Origin: Thermoplasmata archaeon | Lineage (GTDB): Archaea; Thermoplasmatota; E2; JACPAO01; JAHFTW01 | Assembly: GCA_034667725.1 (NCBI GenBank) | Contig: JAXDQS010000003.1 | Coordinates: 1-64,000, forward strand | Direction: 5' to 3' | DNA: 64,000 nucleotides | Part shown: positions 1-9,974 of the stretch, one piece after another | Layout of the letters: each line of letters begins with the position of its first letter | Position numbering within the stretch: position 1 is the first letter of the stretch | Program-made: the position numbers and the translations under genes | The notes under the pieces: model-generated | Databases searched by the model: none | Told to the model about the DNA's origin: nothing | Seen by the model: only the letters and a program-made list of their open reading frames with translations

Positions 1-294
1 CGCGGCATCGTCACCGAGAAGGTCGGCATCGAGGCCAAGCAGCCCAACTCCGCCATCCGCAAGTGCGTCAAGGTCCAGCTCATCCGCAACGGCCGCCAGA
101 TCACGGCGTTCGCGGTGGGCGACGGCGCCATCAACTACATCGACGAGCACGACGAGGTCCTGGTCGAAGGCATCGGCGGCCGCATGGGCCGCTCCTACGG
201 CGACATCCCCGGCGTCCGCTACAAGGTCATCAAGGTCAACAACGTCTCGCTGGACATGCTCGTGAAGGGCAAGGTCGAGAAGCCGATGCGGTGA
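1..294 (+). CDS. rps12: 30S ribosomal protein S12 (archaeal uS12), 5'-truncated by window edge
   Basis: Frame 1 translates [27 protein letters not shown]...[10 protein letters not shown]...KVEKPMR*; KQPNSA and GDIPGVR are archaeal/eukaryotic uS12 signatures; not in ORF track because the start lies outside the window. Confidence 0.97.
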   Translation, partial: RGIVTEKVGIEAKQPNSAIRKCVKVQLIRNGRQITAFAVGDGAINYIDEHDEVLVEGIGGRMGRSYGDIPGVRYKVIKVNNVSLDMLVKGKVEKPMR

Positions 295-299
295 TTGCC

Positions 300-959
300 A
301 TGGACGACGACACCACCACCCAGACCATCGACGAGACCCAGCTGGCCGAGATCGCCGCCGCCGAGACCCCGGCGCCCGTGAAGAAGGTCGACCTGCCCGA
401 GACCCCCGTCTTCGGCAAGTACACCTCCACCGGCATCGAGGTGTCCGACGTGGGCCTCGCCCGCTACATCAACCTCGAGGCCATCGGCATCATGCACCAC
501 GGCGCGCGCCACGGCAACAAGCGCTTCGCCAAGTCCAAGGTCCATGTCGTGGAGCGCCTGATCAACGACATCATGCGCACCGAGACCTACCAGGGCAAGA
601 AGTCGAAGGCCTACAAGGCCGTCGAGCTCGCCTTCGCCCGCGTCCAGGACCGCGCCAAGGAGAACCCCGTCCAGGTCCTCGTCACGGCCATCGTGAACGC
701 GGCCCCCCGCGAAGAGGTCACCCGCCTGCGCTACGGCGGCATCAACGTCCCCAAGTCGGTGGACGTCGCCCCGATGCGCCGCCTCGACCTGGCCCTCCGC
801 AACCTGGCCATGGGTGCCACCCAGACCTCGTTCAAGAGCACCAAGCCGATCAGCCAGTGCCTCGCCGACGAGATCATGAAGGCCGCCAAGAACGACCCGC
901 AGTCGTTCGCGGTCGCCAAGCGCGATGAGCTGGAACGGGTCGCGAAGAGCGCCCGTTAA
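300..959 (+). CDS. rps7: 30S ribosomal protein S7 (archaeal uS7)
   Basis: ATG at 300, 5 nt after rps12 stop; ENPVQVLVTAIVNAAPREEVTR, VDVAPMRRLDLAL, C-terminal KRDELERVAKSAR. Confidence 0.96.
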   Translation: MDDDTTTQTIDETQLAEIAAAETPAPVKKVDLPETPVFGKYTSTGIEVSDVGLARYINLEAIGIMHHGARHGNKRFAKSKVHVVERLINDIMRTETYQGKKSKAYKAVELAFARVQDRAKENPVQVLVTAIVNAAPREEVTRLRYGGINVPKSVDVAPMRRLDLALRNLAMGATQTSFKSTKPISQCLADEIMKAAKNDPQSFAVAKRDELERVAKSAR

Positions 960-1000
960 GTCCCCGCGATTCCTTTTCCCCTCCCTCTCCCCGATTTTTT
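960..1000 (+). terminator. Pyrimidine-rich tract ending in T6, putative archaeal terminator of rps7
   Basis: TTCCTTTTCCCCTCCCTCTCCCCGATTTTTT directly after the rps7 stop. Confidence 0.55.
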
Positions 1001-1030
1001 CAGGTCAAGCCCGCGCAGCGCAGCCTGGGC

Positions 1031-1070
1031 CTTCTCAAAAAAGAAAGAGGGGGAAAAGGAGCAAACCCCG
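1031..1070 (-). terminator. Pyrimidine-rich/T6 tract, putative terminator of the convergent gene 1072..2166
   Basis: Minus strand reads CTCCTTTTCCCCCTCTTTCTTTTTTGAG just after the stop codon. Confidence 0.55.
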
Positions 1071-1071
1071 C

Positions 1072-2166
1072 TCAACGGAACCGGCGGACGACGGCGCGGC
1101 CCGCGAAGGCCACGCCCGCCAGCCCGGCCGCCGCCAGCGCCGCGACGACCCCCAGGGTCGTCGCCGGCACCTGGACGGCGCCGGCCGAGGCGGTGCCGAT
1201 GGGCGGCGTCTCGGCGTCCGCGGGGGCCGCGTCGTCGCCGGCCGCGCCGGGCACGTCGGCGGCCGTGAGGCCGAGGGCGTCGGCCTTCTTTTGGACGAGC
1301 GCGTCGAGGCCGGGGAGGCCGATCAGCCAGCCGCCGTTGAGGCGGACGCCCTGCTGGCCGGGGGCGGCGAGCTGGACACCCATCGACAGCAGGTCGGTGG
1401 TCCAGCCGTCGGCGGGCTGCTCCGTGCAGAGGGCGCACCAGACCACGACGCCGTCGGCTTGCGGATCGGGGACGAAGTCCAGGATCGGCGTCTGGTCGTC
1501 GCACACCTTCACCAGGGCGCCGGCGCCGGAGTCGAGGTAGGGCAGGCCGGGCACGACGCCGAGGTAGAGGGTGTCCCGGTAGGTGCCCCACTCGAGGTAG
1601 GACTCGCGCCAGGCCAGCGTGACCGCCAGGTCGACGGTGTGCTCGCGCACGGTCTCCTTCAGCTCGTAGCCGACGATGCGGGTGACCTCGCGGGTCACGG
1701 GCTCCAGCAGGCCGAACAGCGAGGTGGCCGTGCCGCCGACCACTTCGGTCACGGTCTCGTACACGGGGACGATGCGGGTGACGCGGTCGACGATGGTGTA
1801 GGGCACGAGGAAGTCGCCGGAGAGGTCGCGCTGGTCGGTGACGCGGGCGCCGTACCAGGTGAAGTCCACCTCCACGGCGTCGCGGCAGAGCAGCCGGCGG
1901 ACGGCGGCGCCGGCGTCGGCCACGGTGGCAATGCCGGTGTCCGCGGCGCCGTTCGCGGCGGCGACGGCGGTGGCCGGGGCGTCGGCCGCGGCGTCGAGGA
2001 CGGTGCCGGCGGCGCCGCCGGTCGGGGCGACGTCACCGACGGCGCCGAGCAGCGCGCCCGTGTCGAGGCCGGCCAAGGAGAGAGAGGAGGAGGCGGCCGA
2101 GGCCGAGGCGACCGGCAGCGCCACGAGGGCGGCCAGCAGGGTCATGGTCATGATGGAGCGAGCCAT
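1072..2166 (-). CDS. Hypothetical secreted, C-terminally anchored protein
   Basis: Start MARSIMTMTLLAALVALPVASA (signal peptide); C-terminal hydrophobic helix plus RRFR; CTTAAG at 2192-2197 lies 25 nt upstream. Confidence 0.75.
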   Translation of the reverse strand: MARSIMTMTLLAALVALPVASASAASSSLSLAGLDTGALLGAVGDVAPTGGAAGTVLDAAADAPATAVAAANGAADTGIATVADAGAAVRRLLCRDAVEVDFTWYGARVTDQRDLSGDFLVPYTIVDRVTRIVPVYETVTEVVGGTATSLFGLLEPVTREVTRIVGYELKETVREHTVDLAVTLAWRESYLEWGTYRDTLYLGVVPGLPYLDSGAGALVKVCDDQTPILDFVPDPQADGVVVWCALCTEQPADGWTTDLLSMGVQLAAPGQQGVRLNGGWLIGLPGLDALVQKKADALGLTAADVPGAAGDDAAPADAETPPIGTASAGAVQVPATTLGVVAALAAAGLAGVAFAGRAVVRRFR

Positions 2167-2226
2167 CGACACGCTACGCCTTGCCGGCGCACTTAAGCAA
2201 CCCAGCCGCCGCGTCGAAACGTCACC

Positions 2227-2271
2227 GTTCAAGTCTTGACAAAGTCCAAGTAGTGTTCAAGTCTTGACAAA
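2227..2271. promoter_or_regulatory. Tandem palindromic sites GTTCAAGTCTTGACAAA x2, putative operator or promoter elements
   Basis: Exact 17-bp direct repeat at 2227-2243 and 2255-2271, each with a TCAAG-T-CTTGA palindrome, located between divergent genes. Confidence 0.6.
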
Positions 2272-2301
2272 ACCGGGCCCTTGGGCCCAGGAAAACCCAC
2301 C

Positions 2302-2514
2302 ATGAACACCCACCTGAAGCTCCTGCTGGGGCTCGCCGCCTTGCTGGCCCTCGCCGGCGTCGCGACCGCCCACTGGCAGATCGACACCAACGGCGACGGC
2401 GACTGCGACGACAGCGGCGACGTGGACGCCCTCACCCCCACCGACGAGACGGAGCAACACCACTGCTCGGGCGTCGTCAAGTACGTCACCGCCTGGGCGC
2501 CCGGCGACCAGTAG
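2302..2514 (+). CDS. Small secreted peptide (70 aa) with DxNGDG Ca-binding-like loop
   Basis: MNTHLKLLLGLAALLALAGVATA signal peptide; mature region has DTNGDGDCDD and 2 Cys; GC3-biased codons. Confidence 0.7.
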   Translation: MNTHLKLLLGLAALLALAGVATAHWQIDTNGDGDCDDSGDVDALTPTDETEQHHCSGVVKYVTAWAPGDQ

Positions 2515-2606
2515 GCCGTCCGCCAGCCTGCTCCACTTCTCCCCTCTTCCCACACCCTTTTATCGCCGGACAGGTCCCCCGCCTCTTGTAGCCCTGCTGG
2601 TGCTCT

Positions 2607-4808
<2,202 letters not shown>

Positions 4809-4818
4809 GCCGTTCTCG

Positions 4819-4860
4819 CATCCCTCTTCCTTTCCCTCTCCCCTTTCCTCTCAATTTTTT
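4819..4860 (+). terminator. Pyrimidine-rich tract ending in T6, putative terminator of fusA
   Basis: CCCTCTTCCTTTCCCTCTCCCCTTTCCTCTCAATTTTTT after the fusA stop; same design as the rps7 tract. Confidence 0.55.
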
Positions 4861-4958
4861 CCATGAGGTCCCCGCTGCCCCCGGCTGCGAACGACGCGCC
4901 CGGCGCAAGGGTCGCCGCGGCCATCCTTTATGTGTCATTCTTGAGTGCGCGGCTTGCC

Positions 4959-6026
4959 ATGGGCAAGAAGATCGTGCATGTCGTGGGCACTGGGACCATC
5001 GGCGAGCCCCTCATCGCCCTCTTTGCGGACAAGGCGAAGGAGCTTGGCATCGACGAGGTCACGTTCAACAAGCGCACCCCGCTCTACACGGACCGCGCCA
5101 AGATCCAGGACCTGATCCGCAAGGGCGCGAAGCTTGCGACCTCGGACGACCAGAAGGCCAAGTTCGAGGAGCTCGGCATGGCGGTGTCCTACGGCATGGA
5201 GGAGGCCATCGCGCGCGCCACCGTCGTCATCGACTGCACCCCCGAGGGCGCCGGCATGGAGCACAAGGCCAAGTTCTACGCCAAGCACGACGCCCCCGGC
5301 CGCGGCTTCATGGCGCAAGGCTCGGAGTTCGGCTTCGGCAAGCCCTACGCCCGCCACGTCAACGACGGCGTCGTGGACCCGGCGAAGGACCGTTTCGTCC
5401 AGATCGTCTCCTGCAACACCCACAACATCTCGGCCGTCGTCCAAGCGGTCGGCCTGCATGACGGCAAGGACAACCTGGTCGAGGGCAGCTTCGTCTGCAT
5501 CCGCCGCGCCTCCGACGTGTACGAGGACAAGTCGCTGGGCTCCCCCGAGGTCGGCTCGCACAAGGACGAGCAGTACGGCACCCACCACGCCCGCGACGTC
5601 GCGCACCTCTACAAGACGATGGGCCTGGACCTCAAGCTGTTCAGCACCGCCATCAAGGTGCCGACCCAGTACATGCACACGCTCTACTTCGACATCCGCG
5701 TCAAGAAGCCGGTCACGAAGGACGAGATCAAGAAGCGCTTCCAGACCCTGCCGATGCTCGCGGTCACCCACAAGAAGACCGCCAACACGGTGTTCGCCTT
5801 CGGCCGCGACCACGGCTACATGGGCCGCATCCTCAACCAGACCGTGCTGGCCCTCAACACCGTCGCCGTCCTCGAGGGCGGCAAGCGCGTCGTCGGCTAC
5901 TGCTTCACGCCGCAGGACGGCAACTCGCTCTTGTCGAGTGTTGCCATGACCCTGCGCTACCTGTACCCGCAGGACTGGGAGACGCGGATGCAGGTCTTCG
6001 ACAAGTACCTGTTCCGCGAGGTCTGA
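4959..6026 (+). CDS. gap: Archaeal type II glyceraldehyde-3-phosphate dehydrogenase-like protein
   Basis: Rossmann VVGTGTIG, VIDCTP, QG, catalytic VSCNTH, RR..D and THH..DV motifs; TTTATG box 26 nt upstream of the ATG. Confidence 0.85.
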   Translation: MGKKIVHVVGTGTIGEPLIALFADKAKELGIDEVTFNKRTPLYTDRAKIQDLIRKGAKLATSDDQKAKFEELGMAVSYGMEEAIARATVVIDCTPEGAGMEHKAKFYAKHDAPGRGFMAQGSEFGFGKPYARHVNDGVVDPAKDRFVQIVSCNTHNISAVVQAVGLHDGKDNLVEGSFVCIRRASDVYEDKSLGSPEVGSHKDEQYGTHHARDVAHLYKTMGLDLKLFSTAIKVPTQYMHTLYFDIRVKKPVTKDEIKKRFQTLPMLAVTHKKTANTVFAFGRDHGYMGRILNQTVLALNTVAVLEGGKRVVGYCFTPQDGNSLLSSVAMTLRYLYPQDWETRMQVFDKYLFREV

Positions 6027-6036
6027 GCGTCCGCCG

Positions 6037-7284
6037 ATGGCCGGGCTCCGCGCCACCCTCCGTTCGCCCCCGCTGGTGCTGCTGGCCGCCGCGACCGCCA
6101 TCACCGTCGCGCTCGGCTGGCTGCTGCGCGCCCGCTGCGTCGGCCTCTCCGACATGGCCTTCGGCGGCCTCGACTGCTACAGCGACCTCGGCTTCCTGCA
6201 CCGGATGCGCGGCCTCGACGCCGACCTCGTCCCCTACTTGCAGGCGTTCAACGAGTACCCGCCCCTGACCGCCGCCGTCCAGTGGCTGGGCGCCCTCCTG
6301 TCCGACGGCGAACGGGGCTTCTTCGCCGCCACGGCGCTGCTCTTGGCCCCGTGCGCGTTCGCGGTCACCTGGATGCTGGGCCGCGCCGGCGAGCCGCGCG
6401 CCTGGGCCTGGGCGCTGGGCCCCAGCCTGTTCCTGTACGCCTTCCTCAACTGGGACCTGTTCGCGGTGGCGCTCTGCACGGCCGGCCTGCTGGCGTTCCG
6501 CCGCGACCGCCAGCTTGCGGCCGGCCTCCTGCTGGGCCTCGCCTTCAGCGCCAAGTGGTACCCCGCCGTCCTCGGCGTGGTGCTGGCCGCCGCCCTTCTC
6601 GGCCAGGACCGCAGGCTGCGCTCGCCCCGCCTGCTCCGGTTCGTCGGTGCCGCCGCCGCGGGCGCCGTGGTCCCGCACCTCATCGTCCTCGCGCTGTCGC
6701 CGCAGGGCCTCGCCGACGCCTACGGCTTCCACCTGCGCCGCCTGCCCAACGGCGACTCGCTGCGGTTCCTGGTGTCGTTCTACGCCGAGCGCTGGGGCGT
6801 CCAGGACATCGTGGCGTTCGACGGCCTCTGGGGCGCAGCGCTCAACGTCGCCTTGGTGGGCGGCGTCGGCTGGGCGGCCTGGCAGGCCTACCGCGGCCGG
6901 CTGCCGCCGCTCCAGGCCGCCTTCCTTGCCCTGCTGGTGTTCCTCGCCTGCAACAAGGTGTACAGCCCCCAGTACGCCCTCTGGCTGCTGCCGTTCTTCG
7001 TCTTGTTGCGGGTCCCCTGGGTCCTGGTCGGCCTGTTCTGGGTCGCCGACCTGGTCGCGATGCTGCACCTCTACCACGCCTTCCCCGCCGACCCGGCCGA
7101 GTTCCCCGCCCGTTACCCGCTGTTCGCGGTGTGGAACGCGCTGCGGTGGCTGGCGCTCCTGGCCATCCTGGCGTGGGCGCTGCGCCGGCCGGCGGCCGCG
7201 GACGCGCCCGCCCAAGCCCCGCGCCCGTGGGCCCCAGAGGCGCCCGCCACGGCGACGGCGCTGGACGACGGCGCGGCGCCTTGA
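6037..7284 (+). CDS. GT-C membrane glycosyltransferase, GT87/DUF2029 family
   Basis: CYSD, EYPPL, NWDL, KWYP, NKVYSPQY motifs; many TM helices. Confidence 0.85.
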   Translation: MAGLRATLRSPPLVLLAAATAITVALGWLLRARCVGLSDMAFGGLDCYSDLGFLHRMRGLDADLVPYLQAFNEYPPLTAAVQWLGALLSDGERGFFAATALLLAPCAFAVTWMLGRAGEPRAWAWALGPSLFLYAFLNWDLFAVALCTAGLLAFRRDRQLAAGLLLGLAFSAKWYPAVLGVVLAAALLGQDRRLRSPRLLRFVGAAAAGAVVPHLIVLALSPQGLADAYGFHLRRLPNGDSLRFLVSFYAERWGVQDIVAFDGLWGAALNVALVGGVGWAAWQAYRGRLPPLQAAFLALLVFLACNKVYSPQYALWLLPFFVLLRVPWVLVGLFWVADLVAMLHLYHAFPADPAEFPARYPLFAVWNALRWLALLAILAWALRRPAAADAPAQAPRPWAPEAPATATALDDGAAP

Positions 7285-7351
7285 GTTCTGCAAGCGGCAA
7301 CCACGGCGCTGGACCGGCAACCCCATCTTCCGGCTAGGCTGAGGGCGGCCC

Positions 7352-8125
7352 ATGGAGGGAATGCGCCCAAGCGCCAGCGCCGCGGAGGCGCAGCCCCCTC
7401 CGCCGCACACGCCGGTCGAGCGGCTGAACCGGATCCTGGCGCGCCCCGTGGCCGCCGTCTTCATGGTCCTCGGCTTCCCGCCGTCGGTCCAGTCGCTCTG
7501 GATCACCATCCTGGGCGTGCTCTACTTCGCCGACGCCGTCTGGAGCCACCTGCTGCAAGGCGCCGCCCTCGTGTACCTCGGCCTGGTGTTCGACCGCGCC
7601 GAGAACCTCATCACCGAACGCAAGGGCCGCCCGCAGGTGTGGAGCCAGTTCTTCGGGCTCGCCATCGACCGCCTGGTCGAGGCCGCCCTCCTGGTCGGCT
7701 TGGCCGTGGTCGCGGCCCGCGGCGTCACCGACTCCCCCATCCCCGTGTGGGCGCCGCTGGGGCTCCCCGTCGCGATGGCGGTGGTGTGCGGCGCCGCGGG
7801 GCTCCTCATGGTGCTGCGCGCCCTCCAGCTGCACAGCGAAATCCTGCTGCTGCGCCTGCACCTCATCCAGACCCGCCGCCTGCCGGGCCCCGCCCTCGTG
7901 GCCCGCGGCAAGCAGGCCCGCGCGCGCTGGGGCGCCGTCTTCGGCCGCGACGAGATGGTGCTGCTGGTGTGCGTCGGCCTCGCGCTCGGCCAGCCGCAGG
8001 CGACCGCCGTCGCGCTGCTGGCGGCCCTGCTGGTGGCGACGGCCGAGGCGATGGTGCTGTTCCGGATGCGGCTGCGGGAGCCGGAGCCCGAGGCGAGCCG
8101 GCTCTTGGGGCCGGACTATCCCTAG
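7352..8125 (+). CDS. CDP-alcohol phosphatidyltransferase-like membrane protein with degenerate motif
   Basis: Topology and ARPVA..F..LG..P region resemble the family; DxxDGxxAR...GxxxDxxxD is replaced by DRAENLITER...SQFFGLAIDR. Confidence 0.6.
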   Translation: MEGMRPSASAAEAQPPPPHTPVERLNRILARPVAAVFMVLGFPPSVQSLWITILGVLYFADAVWSHLLQGAALVYLGLVFDRAENLITERKGRPQVWSQFFGLAIDRLVEAALLVGLAVVAARGVTDSPIPVWAPLGLPVAMAVVCGAAGLLMVLRALQLHSEILLLRLHLIQTRRLPGPALVARGKQARARWGAVFGRDEMVLLVCVGLALGQPQATAVALLAALLVATAEAMVLFRMRLREPEPEASRLLGPDYP

Positions 8126-8145
8126 GCACGAGGGCGGCCGGGCAA

Positions 8146-8473
8146 GCGACGAGCACTGATTCGCACAGATTCGGAAGATTCTCACAGAGCTCTGTGGAAT
8201 CTGTGTCAGGTCGGCGGCGCGCGACGAGCACTGATTCGCACAGATTCGGAAGATTCCCACAGAACTCTGTGGAATCTGTGTCAGGTCGGCGGCGCGCGAC
8301 GAGCACTGATTCGCACAGATTCGGAAGATTCCCTCAGAACTCTGTGGAATTTTTTGGCTAGGCCCCGCCAGAACCAAAGTCAGGGTCTGTGGAATCTGTG
8401 TGCGTCGGTCACCCGACGAGCACCGATTCCCTCAGATTCGGAAGATTCCCACAGAGCCCTGTGGAATCTGTGT
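8146..8473 (+). repeat. REP/BIME-like palindromic tandem repeat array (75-bp units plus composite end)
   Basis: Units start at 8146, 8221 and 8296 (GCGACGAGCACTGATTCGCACAGATTCGGAAGATTCCCACAGAACTCTGTGGAATCTGTGTC...), followed by a linker and a further unit to 8473; lies between convergent genes. Confidence 0.9.
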
Positions 8474-8486
8474 CCAGCCGATGGCG

Positions 8487-8933
8487 CTAGTCGAACTTCG
8501 CCAGGAACCCGGCCGCGAGCGCGTAGCCGCCGAGCAGGATGTGGACGATGTTCAGGGGCAGCGACAGGCCGAGGAAGGTGTCGCCGCCGGCGGCCGCGGC
8601 CTGGAACGCGAAGAACCCGACGATGCCGAGGGCGGTGTAGACGGCGCCGAAGATGATGGCGAACACCTTGACCGTGTTGCCGGGGAGGTTGGCGAACCCG
8701 AACAGGAACGCGGCGCAGGCCAGCACCAGGTGGACGATGTCGTGGGTGTAGGTGAACGGCAGGAAGCCGCCCTCGAAGCTCAGGAAGCCGTAGCCGGCCT
8801 TGTCGTTGGCCGTGATGTTGGCGACGAAGCCGAGGACGGCGACCGCCGCGAGCGCGATGGTGCTGACGCGGAAGCAGATGACCGGGTTGAGGACGGCGGG
8901 GAGGTTGTTGGTGGGGCGGGCGTATTCGGACAT
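8487..8933 (-). CDS. DUF4383-like small membrane protein
   Basis: Start MSEYARP; 4 TM helices with HDIVHL and NIVHIL motifs. Confidence 0.75.
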   Translation of the reverse strand: MSEYARPTNNLPAVLNPVICFRVSTIALAAVAVLGFVANITANDKAGYGFLSFEGGFLPFTYTHDIVHLVLACAAFLFGFANLPGNTVKVFAIIFGAVYTALGIVGFFAFQAAAAGGDTFLGLSLPLNIVHILLGGYALAAGFLAKFD

Positions 8934-9002
8934 GGAGGGCCTCCGGGCCGGCGCATCCCCTTCTCGACATAAACGTAAAACGTCCCCCGGGGTGGCCGTT
9001 GC

Positions 9003-9947
9003 GTGCGCCCGCGTCCCCTCCTCGTCCTGCTCCTCCCGCTCCTTCTGCTGCTCCAGGCCCCTCCAGCCGCGGCCCACGGCGGCCACGCCCACGGCGACCT
9101 GCCCACCGAAGGCCTGGAGGGGGCGTTCGCCTGGCTGGAGATGCGCGCCGGCGCCTCCATGGCGGCCCCCGTCACCGAGGCGCAGGCCCTCGCCGGCCGG
9201 GTGCTCACCCACGCCCAGGCCGTGGACCTGTCCGCCAACGGCACCGCCGCCCTGCGTCCGCTGCACGCCCTTGCCCTTGCCTACGGCCCCGGCAACGCCA
9301 GCGTGCAGGCCCTGCGCGACCGCGTCCTTGCGACCTTCGACGGCCACCAGTTCGGCGATCCCCAGCTCCTCAACGACGACGCCTGGAGCCTCAAGGCGCT
9401 CCGGGCCGCCGGCGTGCCCGCCGCCGACGCGCGGCTGCAGGCCGCCGCCGACGCCCTGCTCCGGAACGGCACCGCCTGGTCGCACGCCGTCGGCGCCGCC
9501 CCCGACGTGGACTCGACCGGCATGGTGCTGGAGGGCCTGGCCGCCGCCGGCCGGCTCGACGCCGCCACCGCGGCGGCCGCTGGCGCCTGGGTCCGCGCCG
9601 CGCAGGACCCGGCGGGCGGCTGGCCGATGCAGCCTGGCGGCGAGGCCAACTGCGACTCCACCGTCTGGGGCATCCGCGCGCTGCGGGCCACGGGCGGCGG
9701 CGAGGTCCCGGCCGCGGCCTGGAGCTTCCTCGCCGGCCTGCAGGGGCCCGACGGCGGCCTGTCGTGGGTCGAGGGCCAGCCGTCGAACGCCTACTGCACC
9801 GCCGAGGCGGCCGCGTTGTGGGCCGAGACAGGCGGCGGCCCCGCGACCACGGAGCCCGCAGACGCGCCGGCCCCGTTTTTCGTGGCCGCGGCGCTGGCTT
9901 TGCTTGCCGCCGCCTCGACCCGCCGACGCCGTGCCCATAAGCCTTAA
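9003..9947 (+). CDS. Secreted prenyltransferase/squalene-oxidase-repeat (alpha-alpha barrel) protein with C-terminal anchor
   Basis: Signal peptide; QDPAGGW..NCDST and LQGPDGGL repeats; TM helix plus RRRR tail. Confidence 0.7.
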   Translation: MRPRPLLVLLLPLLLLLQAPPAAAHGGHAHGDLPTEGLEGAFAWLEMRAGASMAAPVTEAQALAGRVLTHAQAVDLSANGTAALRPLHALALAYGPGNASVQALRDRVLATFDGHQFGDPQLLNDDAWSLKALRAAGVPAADARLQAAADALLRNGTAWSHAVGAAPDVDSTGMVLEGLAAAGRLDAATAAAAGAWVRAAQDPAGGWPMQPGGEANCDSTVWGIRALRATGGGEVPAAAWSFLAGLQGPDGGLSWVEGQPSNAYCTAEAAALWAETGGGPATTEPADAPAPFFVAAALALLAAASTRRRRAHKP

Positions 9948-9974
9948 TTCCAAGCCCAGGGCTGGAACCGTGCA

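Noticed and set aside
7334-8377. ORFs with 25-aa repeats running through the repeat arrays (e.g. QIPQSSVGIFRICANQ, TDSHRFGRF)
   Set aside because: A by-product of the 75-bp period; copies at 18.3-18.7 kb contain indels that break frame, and the ORFs overlap real genes.
8146-8473. CRISPR array interpretation of the repeat clusters (also 18321-18757 and 57583-57812)
   Set aside because: The whole unit is repeated with scattered divergence, there are no unique spacers between identical repeats, and no cas gene or leader is present.
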